From Balanoglossus misakiensis (lineage: Eukaryota; Animalia; Hemichordata): a stretch of DNA of 64,000 bases. The notes beneath the pieces are model-generated. The model made no database searches, was not told the origin of the DNA, and worked only from the letters and a program-made list of their open reading frames with translations. Positions 1-11,500 of this stretch are shown here, in pieces. The stretch's first letter is position 1, and each line of letters begins with the position of its first letter. A program made the translations under genes and the position numbers. The DNA is taken from NCBI GenBank assembly GCA_040954595.2, contig CM082593.2, positions 4,171,434-4,235,433 of the forward strand, in the 5' to 3' direction.

Positions 1-639
1 AGTACTTTTTTCGTAGTTACTGGGGCTATGAATTTGACAACCCAGAGGGTTAGAGTCAAACGGCGTCCCAGACACGAAAACAAGTTCAGGTGTTGTTAAA
101 TTCAGTGATGTGTGAATGATGATGTCAATTTCTATTAAGACGACCATTACATCATCAAAGTTTACTGCGCACGACTTGGAATGTTTCGCACGATCGTACG
201 TGTATTTACCGTTCACACGACGAATTTTACCCTGCAAAAAACGTCGGTACGGTGACATATCTGACACACACCACTGAGATCGAACACACACCAACCCAAC
301 CCCAATATTTGAGCCGTTTACTGCGGTCCACCGGCCAGGGCGGATGTCTCCGACCACGCCAGGTGAAATAAACAAGTCCCCTCCCTCACACCTTGTTGAC
401 TTCGGGACGGATTTCGGCAGTTTCTCACAGGTGTCTAGAAAACAGTGAGAAAGTGCCCAGACCAGTCTCGTCGGGAGGAAAATGTAGTGAACAAAAGTGC
501 GTTCACCGGAAAATGTTCACCGTGTGAATTCCGCGGCACAAAAGAACAACAAAGCTAACTGTGCATTATGTGAATGAAACTCTGCGGCACCACACACACG
601 CACACAACACACAAACACATCGCTTGCAGTACACTTTAC

Positions 640-830
640 CTGCAACGGGACTAGACTTCTCCAGAACGCACCATCTCGTTTTCCACTGCGGAAAAAAGAG
701 ACGCGTCTGTCAGTACAGTGTATGTTGGCTTTCAGAAGTAAACAAAATCGAACGTTTTCAATCTCCCTACCTTCTTGCCATCACGATATTTGACGATATC
801 CTGCAAAAGTATATTTGGATGGTCCGCCAT
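640..830 (-). CDS. DOK7: DOK7-like docking protein, coding exons 1-2 (start of PH domain); gene continues beyond the left edge
   Basis: Minus strand: AAAATGGCGG start at 830. Exon 830-771 = MADHPNILLQDIVKYRDGKK|gtaggg. Acceptor tttccgcag, exon 685-640 (46 nt) = WKTRWCVLEKSSPVA+G|gtaaag. The joined peptide matches the recalled vertebrate DOK7 N-terminus (VKLRDGKK/WKSRWLVLRKPSPVA) with the same splice positions. Confidence 0.85.
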
Positions 831-879
831 TTTGTCACTTAGAAGTTTTACCCATCATCCAACGTAAGTTGGCCAACTT

Positions 880-1700
880 TCCAGACAGGTGGGCGCCGAG
901 AGGGCGCTCTCTACCAAATAAAAAAAATCCACCTACGTACAATGCTTGACAATGGTTTGCTTTGTTTTTATCATTTATTACCCATTTCCTAATATTATGC
1001 AAAAATGGCAATTTATTAATGCAACAGAGGTATAAAATACAATTGAAAACACCAATTGTTAAAATCAAGGTTTATAGCAACCGGCCGACGACGTCACGAA
1101 TTGGTAAACAAACTCGTCCATTATCCGGTAAAACACACGAACAAAAGAAACTTGGCATCCATCAATAGTTACCTCATGCGGCCTCAAGATGTGCGATTTC
1201 GCGCTTGAAGCCAATAGAAATATAACCAGTTGGCGAAGTGGGTTTTCTTGTCGAACAAAGATTGATTAATAAAAGGAAAAATGGTTCGCTCCGTGTTGTA
1301 ATCCTTTTGCGTCATTGCTGTACACAACACGTCTTTATTCAGTAAGTATCGGCAAAGAACTGGTCAGTTTTTCTACCAACTCGTAGGCTGCAATCGATAT
1401 ATTAATCCCTTCGACAAACTGGTTCAGAAAAGACTTAAAGACCACGAAGAGCCCTCGGTAACTGTGTACGTGAACCTATCAAACAAGTTCTACAAATTTA
1501 CTTCTACTTTAATATTGGTACCAATATGACGGTCTCTTCGCGTCGTAATAAATACAAACTTCAACGGACACAACCTGGTTGGCATCGCAACAGCAGCACC
1601 TTGCGAGAACTATTCATCACCAGACGAGGAAAACCGCATCGGCACCATTTACGGCCCGTGACGTCACTCGCCGGCGAGCGTGACGTCATTGGACGAGAAT
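880..1700 (-). promoter_or_regulatory. Putative DOK7 promoter/proximal regulatory region
   Basis: Directly upstream of the DOK7 ATG. CRE-like GACGTCA with ATTGG at ~1090-1104, CCAAT at ~1211, two full TGACGTCA palindromes at 1659-1666 and 1681-1688 followed by ATTGG, and AGAGGGCGC at 899-907. Confidence 0.5.
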
Positions 1701-4273
1701 CAACACGATCTGGCAATCAATCTCCTGTTCAAAGGGCCGCCGTAATCGCCGTGGCAATTGTTAAGAGATTAACGCGGTTTTGATGTCATAAAAGGTCGCA
1801 CCCTTTGTCTTTGTCAGAATGATACAAAAAAGTTTGGCCCAGTTATCTAATTTGGGGATTTTGAATCGTCAGAGAATGGTAGATAGGCAGTGGTGTCCTA
1901 ACGTCTGTCATCGACCTCTATAACTGTTCAATGTACTTCACACCTTATTTCACCGCTATCCCCGATGTCACGCACTTCACAATGGACACCACCTCAGCAG
2001 ACAATTACAGAAGTTACTGTCATCACGCTTATCGACTGGATTTCTAGGAATCGGCGTGATTGCATGCTGGAGTTTGTATTGAACCGTGCGTGCCACGCCC
2101 ACTTTGACTTAAAGCCGACTGGCTGCAATTAATTAGATTAACAAATGCCACAGTTTACTTTAAAAGGACATCGTTCGATATACCCTACTAATTGACAAAA
2201 ACACGATAATCCAACGGATCTATGTGGGAAAATAACGGTTTCTAATTGAACAACAATCACGGAGAGCGTTGTTGCTACCCGAAAGGCCATCTCTACTGCC
2301 AAATTATTCGAATTAACACACTGCAACCATCCATGCTCCAAAAGAAAACGAATCTCTGTCAATGACTTCGACATCACATTGTCGTTTATCAAGTTTGCTA
2401 GCATCAAGACATCTTTTTTATCAGTTTATTTCACAGCACCGATGGCCGACGGCAAAAACCGTGCAATTAATCCATCGAGGAATAAAGAGTAACGACTGGT
2501 ATTGATATACAAATTTAAAGAGACTCACGACTCGGCAAGTCGCAGCTAACGGCAACTTATTTCTGACGGTTTGACGCAGATGGCATGGCACATTTCTGAA
2601 CGATTTTATTTCGAACATTTCGTAGCCTACAGAAAAATACATTCCCAGCTAAGTTTCCATTGAAAAGGCGATTGTTTGTAACAGGTGAATTCAGAGTTTG
2701 TAGATTGAAGTGTACTAGTTTTTGATCACCACCACCATGTATATATGTAGTAAACGTGTGCTCGTCCACGCGTTCATGTATAGTTGTTCAGTAAAGTCAG
2801 ATTGACAACTACCATGCATGCATATGCACCAAAAACCGCCCAATACGTGTCGATCTACAAAGAATAGATTGGTGGTCGAATATCATTTAGAGTCGGTCGC
2901 TATGAAATTATCGGCGTGTCGGCTGGGTGAGCTTCGGGGGACAGGCGTGAGAATCAGCGGTGATTTATACATTGGGCGGGAGGGAACAGTAAAATGTATT
3001 GCATCTCCTAAGGCATGTTCAATAAACGCCAGAACAGCCAGCAACGACCTTCCCACGCCAACCAATGAAATCGCAGACCCATTCAACTTCTGGTGGTATG
3101 ATGAACGAGTTCTTCTTTTTATGCTCCGTTTGTTATTTGCCTCTGGTTAACTGTTTCGCTTCAAATAATGTTTGGGGTTTGCCGTCTAAGAAACGGGCGA
3201 GAACCGGCCCTTTCCATGCATTTGACCAGACAAGCAAACGACATAGTACACACGTATTATACATTTTGAAACGCATTTCAATATTTCACCCCATATCGCA
3301 AAGGAAATCGCAAGGAAATGATACAAGAATACGACATCATGCAAGAATTCGTCGTTTGAGCCATGCAGGTACCATAAGTGGAGCTGATTCTATTCGTTTT
3401 GCCTACACCACAATCCTGTGTAGGCTATATATGGATAATTCGCTGGACTCATAATTCTGCACACGTGGTCTTCAAAGCGAGAAAAGGGGGCATCTTCAAC
3501 CGTAGTCCTCGCAAAGCAAACCCCTAAGGCACAAACTGCAACCCTATTCATCGCAGATAACGGTGTTTCCGTCCATGTCAAGGTCGCACATCTTCACACG
3601 ACCTGGCGGCGTTACTAAGTGACCATGCATGGCAGGATTTATTTCCGATGGTCAAAAAACGACTATGTACACCATTCTTATTTTATCGGTATTAAATTGT
3701 AACCCTGAAGATTCTGGCAGGTGTAGTTTGAGTGAGCAAATGCAATAAAGCACGAAGTTTACTTTGATACTGTGACACGCTGTGGGCACAACTGAAATTA
3801 AAATGAAAGCGAAATGAAATCGCTAAACTATGCACTTTTGCACTTTTCTTCGCCTATTTTACAAGTTTATGATACAGTTCACATTTCCTTAGACGATTTC
3901 ACTTTGGGTCAAACCAGTTCAAGGATGATGACAGGTGCAGCAAACAAATCAATTCATTTTCTGAAATCACAGAAAAACATGTTTGTGAAGTTTATGTATT
4001 GATTTCAAATATCTTTGAATTTGGGAATGTGAAATGTGAAAGTTGCTCATCACCGCATCCTCCCACACTGTCCACCTACTGAAATCAGGCCGGGTGGCTG
4101 CATATTCAATACTTGATAGTGATACATGTATATGTCATCAAACCCCTCCCACGATTTTCTTCTGTACCTACACTGAAAAAATGCTCTTGTCCCAAGCAAT
4201 TATTAATTTTCAAATTTCAATTCCTCCTCTTAGATCACACCCCAAAGAGTCGCCTGCGTTGCACTAGACCACT

Positions 4274-4330
4274 GTCGTTTGAGGGCGCCACGCCCCCGGG
4301 GTGGAGGTATGCATGGCGCCCTCAAACGAC
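4274..4330. repeat. Short inverted repeat / miniature hairpin element
   Basis: GTCGTTTGAGGGCGCCA (4274-4290) and its exact reverse complement TGGCGCCCTCAAACGAC (4314-4330) flank a 23-nt GC-rich spacer. Confidence 0.8.
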
Positions 4331-4459
4331 TGTACCGATTCTACTGGAATTCTACAATTTGTCAGTTGATGTGCCAAGACTTAAGAACAACACCCCAATT
4401 ATCATTAGGGGACCAAGCGCCCTCAGGCGCTTGGTCCCCTTCTGTTATTGCTGGAGTTT

Positions 4460-6103
4460 TTAGGGCACAAGCCAAGCAGGCTTGTGCCCTATTGGTATTA
4501 CTGGGGTTTTTCATCTTTTTTTTTTTTTTCTTGTGTCGTTTTTTTGCCCAACAGGATCTTGAAAACGGCTGAACCTACAAATCTCAAACTTGGCACAGTG
4601 GTGCAGGCCTATGAGAGCTGGTGCTGTACCCTCGTGAATGTTTAATAAGTCATGTGACCTGATGACCATATATGGGCAAAGTTTTCAAATGGGCCTAATT
4701 TGCATATGAATGGAGATATCAAAATTCTTTTAGCGATTTTTGCGGACCATGTGGTCAGTGTCCTACATGCCAAATGTTAAGGCCGTAGGCCAAGTCTATT
4801 TTGAGAAGAAGATTTTTTTATTTTTCATATTTTTGGACCCAGCCATAAGCCTATACTTTCTATAGTTAAGCTATCACGCTATGTCCATGTTGGCTGTGCA
4901 ATGGTCCTGTACAGTGACTCTCTATTGGCCCGTGAGCAGAATGGGACCACAATAAAAGGCAAAATTTTGGGCTCACCTGTAACACCTGCTTAACTCATTA
5001 ATTATGTGCATACCTAATTCCAGGCTAACTAATAGGGCTAGAGGTTTTGTTCTTGTGGGACATGGACCAGTATGAGGTTAAAAAAATTTGCCCAAATTCT
5101 GGGTGACCTCAGGTGACCTTTGACCTACTGTCCTATATCTCCGCATCAATAGCAGGTACAGACTTGGCGTTTGCAGGGTTGGGACTATAATTGAAAAGCC
5201 AAAATTGGGGGTCACCTGTGACACCTGCTTATCTCATTAATTATGTGCATACCTAATTCCAGGCTAACCAATAGGGCTAGAGGTTTTGTTCTTGTGGGAC
5301 ATGGACCAGTATGAGGTTAAAAAAATTTGCCCAAATTCTGGGTGACCTCAGGTGACCTTTGACCTACTTTCCTATACCTCTGCATCCAGAGCAGTTACAG
5401 ACTTGGCGTTTGCAGGGTTGGGACTAAAATTGAAAAGCCAAAATTGGGGGTCACCTGTGACACCTGCTTATCTCATTAATTATGTGCATACCTAATTCCA
5501 GGCTAACCAATAGGGTTAGAGGTTTGATTTTTGTTGAACATGGACCAGTATAGGCTCAAAATTTCTTGCCCAAATTTTGCATGACCTCAGGTGACCTTTG
5601 ACCTAATTTACCATATCTTGGCAACCAGAGCAGGCAAAGACTTGGGGTTTGGAGGGTTGGGACTAAAATTGAAAAGCCAAAATTTGGGGTCACCAGTGAC
5701 ACCTGCATATCTTATTAATTATGTGCATACCTAATTCCAGGCTAACCAATAGGGCTAGAGGTTTTGTTCTTGTGGGACATGGATCAGTATGGGGTCAAAA
5801 ATTTTGCCCAAATTTTGGGTGACCTCAGGTGACCTTTGACCTACTTTGCTATATCTTGGCATCCAGAACAGGTACAGCATTTGTGTTTGGATGGATCGAA
5901 CTATTAATGGAGTCTTACACTTTACATCATTAATTATGTGCATATCTAATTTCAGACAAACCAATAGGGCTAGAGGTAAGGTTTCTGTTGGACCTGGACT
6001 AGTATGGGGGTCAAAACTTTTTGCCCAAATTTTGGGTGACCACATATGACCTTTGACCTTCGGCTTAAGCTTGTGCCCGTCATCGCTGCTTGCAGCTATA
6101 TTT
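4460..6103 (+). mobile_element. Related non-autonomous element nested inside the outer copy
   Basis: Own 5' 13-bp hairpin TAGGGCACAAGCC-aagca-GGCTTGTGCCCTA (4461-4491), matching 3' GCTTGTGCCC (6069-6078) and GCTGCTTGCAGC (6085-6096). Its core (4500-4850) aligns by eye with the outer element's core (6104-6425). Confidence 0.75.
4960..6060 (+). repeat. Tandem array of ~4.5 units with a 239-bp period inside the inner element
   Basis: The anchor TCACC(T/A)GT recurs at 4973, 5212, 5451 and 5690 (period 239). Shared blocks ATTAATTATGTGCATACCTAATTCCAGGCTAAC and GTGACCTCAGGTGACCTTTGACCT. A truncated fifth unit lies at ~5930-6060. Confidence 0.95.
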
Positions 6104-6449
6104 CTTCTTTCTTCTTGAGTCGTTTTTTTGCTCCCGTTTTTCTCAAAATCGACGTGGCCTAGGATCTTGAAATTTGGCACGGTGATTGGGGCCCATGAGT
6201 ACTGGTGCACCTGCCCTTTGAATTTGTAATTAGTCACGTGACTTGGTGGCTATAATCGAGCGAAATTTTCAAATTGACCTAATTTGCACGTTAATGGGGG
6301 CATGTACATTCTTTTCGCGATTTTTGTAGACCATGTGGCCAAAATCCCCTATGCCAAATTTCAAGGTCCTAGGCCACGTCGATCTTGAGAAGAAGATTTT
6401 TGTAATAATTTTCGCATTTTTTGGTGGGCTGAGGACGAACACTGGGGCA

Positions 6450-7900
6450 TCGGACTTTGAACGTTATTACGTAATGTTGTGGAGATCTCACTAGCAGGCG
6501 GGTTGCAGTAGTCCTTGGAAAATCGGCTGGAATACGTAAACAGACCAGTGATTATTTTCCACGGAATGAATTTTGGGACAACACATTATCGGAGTTCAGG
6601 CTGTGTTAGGGCGTTTTATTGAATTACGCTGAGTTTGTTAGCTGTTGCCGTTCAAATGTGTCTACGCAGACCCGGCTACACTGGTTAACATTCAATATAA
6701 TGCGGCAGCGGACTTTGACCCTCAGTCGCTAATGTTGTGGGAGGTTTCATCATTAGCATGGTAGTCACATGTAGTGGATAGTAGTTCGGGAAATTGGCCT
6801 AAATACGTACACAGACCAGTGATTTTCTTGCACGAAGGGAGTATAGTACCATCAGAGATCACGCTTCATTGCCGTTCATAAGTTCCTACTTCAGTCATGA
6901 CGTTGCAACTGGACGTTCAGTATTGGGTTTGGCCCGCAGGTGGCCGTGGGGGTTATCAGGTCCCCCGTAATGGCACGCAGCTTCATGCAGCTGTATGGGA
7001 CCAAAATAATACGCCCGATTCGGGGGTCACCTGTGACACCGTACCTGCGTAACTCTATTATGTGCATGCGTAATTGTGGGGTCAATGAAAGGGATGCTAG
7101 CGTGGTATTTGTTGCACATGGATCAATATGAAGTCCGATTTTCCTGTCAAGTTGTGGGCGACCTTATGTGACATTTCACCTACTTTTGCTTAGTGAATAA
7201 AAGCAGATGCATGCAGCTTTGGCGTGGTGGGGGGGGTCACCTGTTGCACCTGCCTAAGTCATTGATTTTGTACATTTAATTGGACACTAACCAACAGGGC
7301 GATATGTGTGGTTTTTGTTCCACAGGGACGAATGTAAGTGTCAGTTGGTTTTTGCCCAAATGTATAAGGTGATTTGGATGACCTCTGTCGTACAGTGCCA
7401 TATCTCAGCACGTTGTACAGGTGCAGCTTTGGTATTTTGAGGGATGAAACTATCATAAAATGCCAAATACAGGGGGATACCTGTGACACCTGCTTGATTC
7501 ATGTATTACGTGCATACCTAATGGTAGGCAAAGTGAAAGGGCTGCAAATGTAGGCTTTGTTGCACATGACATAAGCAGGAATGAAAAAATTTTGTCAAAT
7601 ATTTGGGTGACCTCAGGTGTCCATTGACCTGCTTTCCATATGTTAGCATGCACATCATATATAGCCAGGTGTTTGGAGGGGTAGGGTAGGACCCTCTGCG
7701 TCATGAAATGCTAAATTCCTGGGGCCACCTGTAACTTACTTGCGAAACTCATTATTATGGCCATATCTAATTTGACAAACCCAAACAGCGAGGATTTTCC
7801 GTTGTCTTGAATATGAACCAAATAAGAATCCTAATTTTTGGCCCAATTTTTGGGTACCCTCACCTGACCTTTGAAGTACTTACTGAAGTACTTACAACGT
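6450..7900 (+). repeat. Degenerate copies of a similar ~210-260-bp unit in the outer element
   Basis: GGGGGTCACCTGTGACACC-like anchors at ~7022, ~7232, ~7472 and ~7721. A more diverged pair begins CGGACTTTGA at ~6451 and ~6709; both contain AATACGTA(A/C)ACAGACCAGTGATT. Confidence 0.75.
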
Positions 7901-8555
7901 AGAAGTTCACCTTTGGTTGTTGTGTTTGTACTTGTAGGACATGCATTTCGGGTGGTTGCCTACTTCCCCATATCTCAACATCGAGAGCAAATACAGCCTA
8001 CGCATTTGAATGGTACAACCCTGAATGGATTCTAATGGTTATTAACTCTATGCTTGGGCCCCTTCAATGCTGCTTGCAGCTTTAATTCAAACTTTAAGTT
8101 TATTTTATTGACATAACCACACCATAATTCAAAGCATCTGAGTGTTTTTACTTCAGTTGCCAATATCCTTTTCCAGTATCTGATCACAAAAACCAAAATA
8201 TTTTCAAATTGTAAACAAGACCTGGATATCTGTTATTTACATATGCCATGAAAAATGAATAATTTAAATTACAATTATTTTTTTTCAGAATTTGTCTCTG
8301 AAATATTATATCATGGAGCAAATTTTGGCAATTGGTTGAGATATTGCTCTACTTTTCATAGAGGCATATTTCAGTGTACATTTCAAGCACAGCTTAAATA
8401 AACATTACTGGCTGTGCCAACTTCAAGAATGCAATGCAAAAAAGAATGCTAGCTCAAAAAAAAAAGAAAAGAATAATAATGGAATTAGGAAGAATGTTAG
8501 GGTGATTTCTCCCGATTATTCTACCAGGGTGGTTGTAACACCCGGCCGTTTTCCG

Positions 8556-11500
8556 TCACCACTTGGTGACTTTACGGAAACCTCGGTTTGACAAATAGGC
8601 CCCTCTGGCTTGATTACAGTCTTCAATCCACTTTGAACCTGCGGGCCAACACAACAAAACCTATTTACATTTTGAGTTAAAGGACATACAGTCAAACCTG
8701 TGTTAATGGCCACCTCTCTATAGAGGGAAACTTGCCTATACTGGCTACTTTGTTAGGAATGTCTCCAGACTGGCTGCTATAGACAGGTTTGAGATTCTAT
8801 TTCTAACATGACTGCAGAATATGGTAAATTCACACAAGAACATACACCAGCTGAAAACCTACCTGGGCTTTGATAGCTTCCCTTTACTTTCCTCAGTTGG
8901 TTTTTAGTTTGAAAATTCTGTTTCTCTGACTTGGTTTTTGAAAATGCCTTGTTCTGTTGTTTCTTAGACTTTGATTTTGAATATGTCTTTTTTGAGTTCT
9001 TCTTGGGAGGAGGATGGATTTTTGGGCGCTTACTGCGGGGGAAATCATCACTTCCATTCTGTGATTGGGAAATTGAAAATGACAATAAGAAATTAAAGAC
9101 ACATAACAACAAAAAATAGTCAGAAGTTACAGAAAGTGGCCCTTTAAATGTACACATATTGTTCTTACCTGACAAGTGATGTTACGATGAGGATTTCTGA
9201 GATCATGCAAAGTGCTGATTTCAATGTGGATGTTGTTTGGCGCAACAAAGTGTTCTTCTGTCGTCGTTTTCACCTTCTTCTGTTTCTTTTTGCCATGACT
9301 TGCTTGGGAAGAGTTGCCACTTTTCGATTGTTTGTTCTGTATTTGTTTGGCATCTTTTTGCTTCTTAGACTTTTTCTCATCTTGACCTTTGCCCTTAGCC
9401 TTGCCTTTGAGCTTAAGTGGCTTCTTAACCTGGAAAGAAAATCACATCAAACTCTGTTTAATGTATTATTCAACCTGACAAAATAACTTTAATTTTGGAA
9501 AAGATGTGACTTCAAAAAATGACTTCAGAAGACAGGATTACGACTTACTTTCTCAGTCTTTGTTTCTGATGACTTCTTAGTAACTTTCTTAGTCTTCTTC
9601 TTCAGTTTCTTGTTTGGTTTTTTATCTGACTTCCCATTGTTTGTGACATAGTCATTATCTGACGAGTGAGGGAAAATTAAAATTACTGTAAACTCTGTAC
9701 CAAAGCCACAAACCTACAAACCACTTTGCTTAAATTCCTACAATAAACACAAGTATGAAGTACTAACCTAGTTTCCTTTTCTTCCCCCTTCTACCGACGT
9801 CATTCTCTTCATCATCAAAGAACACATGATTATTCCGAGCCCTGCTCTTCTTTTCCCGTTCTCCCTTCTGTGCTTGCTCCTTGGCCGTCCGCATATCCTG
9901 GTATGTCTGGTTCTTGCGGAGCTGCTCAAACCTATTCTTCACATCACTCCAGTTGTCGTATCTGCAGATGAATGGGGTGGTGGGAGAATACAGTCGATCC
10001 ATTCTGGGCCTGGTGCATTCCTGTGTCCAAAAATAGAAATGGCAGATTACAGTGAGACTGCATTGTACAGAATAAACAGAAACAAGATTTTACTGGGGGG
10101 TCCTACTGCAATGACATCACCACACAGTATACTTACATATTCTAGATGTCCTCTTTTGGCACAGTTGCAACAGTAGTTGTTCTTGTTTTTCACGTTGACT
10201 GTCAGCTTTATAAGCTCACCTGGTTCCGTCTATTAAAAGCAAACACAAAACGGGAGTCAGGTTTTCAAACAATTGTGTGTGAATCTACATACAAGGGTAC
10301 AGCTGGATTTTTAAGGCACAGGTTCATTTATACAAGACGATTAACAGTACATATTTTTGAACATCCAACATTTCCTTAATTATTTATATTTTCCACATTT
10401 ATATTTGTTTTGAAATAAATGGACAAATAGAAATCCTGAAACTTACAGTGGCAAGAAATTGCCGCCATCTGTCTGGACAATCCTTGAGGGGGGAAAATAT
10501 ACATAAAACTTGTTAGTTTCAATGATAGAATGAGACACAGCTCATGGAAAAAAATATATGCACAAAAAGTTTTGCTGGGGATGACAGTAAAAAACCTCCA
10601 TACCTTATTGCTGTGTCCCTTCATATTACATCTTGTACAGACCTTGGACAACTTCTGCCATGGTCTTAGAGAGCATTGCTTGAAATGATGTCCTATCTCA
10701 TCGCAAAATAAGCAGATTTGATTGGGACATTTCCAACCATTGTGACCCTCCTCAGCACACAGGAAACACACACTCATTTTCTGTTGAGAAAAAATTGAGC
10801 ATTCTGTCCATTTCATTTATGTAACCTAAGTTTATTCTGATAGAATATGTTCACCCTGTTCAAAAGCAATTTAAGTCTTTTTTTCTCCTCGTCTGAGAAA
10901 AAGAAGCCACTCACCTTACGAGACGAACAGCTTTTGGAGAGATGACCAGTCTTACCACAATTGTGACATTTGATAGAAGTCTTGGGAGTATAGTATCTGT
11001 TTGGTTTGGAGAATGTTCTGTATTTTCCTTCACTGTTTTGTACATTGTTCTGCAAAATTAAAACAAAAGTTGCTTCTGAAGCTTCCTGGTCAGATTTACC
11101 CCTATCACCCCCAGATCCCTCTTTAGAGGTTCCACAGAGGTTACAAATCTTCATCATCCATAATACTACTTACCACTATATCCTCGGGATGGATGTTCCA
11201 AAGTTCTCCGGATGGTGTCTTGAATGAACTGGAGTCTTCATTCACACCTATTAAATTGGTTTGCATTCCTTCATCACAGCTGCTGTATAATTCATCAATA
11301 ACAGTCCACTCTGGTTCGCTCTCGCTCGATGACAACACAATCAACTCTTGCGCGTCAAACACTAACCGATTGGCAGTCCCAGTTTTTTGTGGTGCGCTGC
11401 TGGGCTTTGATTGGTGGACACCGCCAATGCCGCCACCAGGTCTTGAATTTGATTGGTTGTCAGTTTTCTGTTTCTTGGCTGGTGGTGGGGTCAATGCACT

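Larger units (their letters stand above)
4404..8087 (+). mobile_element. Non-autonomous Helentron/DINE-1(HINE)-like element, outer copy
   Basis: 5' perfect 15-bp hairpin AGGGGACCAAGCGCC-ctca-GGCGCTTGGTCCCCT (4407-4440), then T/CT-rich tract, core, and degenerate tandem repeats. 3' sub-terminal copy of the arm GCTTGGGCCCCT (8052-8063), small hairpin GCTGC-TT-GCAGC (8069-8080) and T-rich end. No transposase ORF. Family assignment is by architecture only. Confidence 0.7.

Noticed and set aside
205-240. 22-nt AG..GT-bounded candidate exon in DOK7 intron 2
   Set aside because: It does not encode the expected DOK7 continuation and would shift the frame; it could only be part of an alternative 5'UTR, which is unsupported.
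4960-6060. Regular repeats as a CRISPR array, and ORFs 5755-6237 / 5846-6049 as proteins
   Set aside because: The units are 239-bp head-to-tail repeats with no unique spacers and no cas genes, in a eukaryotic context. The ORFs are chance frames through the repeat.
8777-8862. ZCCHC7 ending at the ORF-track stop at 8777
   Set aside because: CCAG|GTAGGT at 8863 is a good donor in phase with exon 8638-8556, and the read-through frame runs into an intronic MITE.
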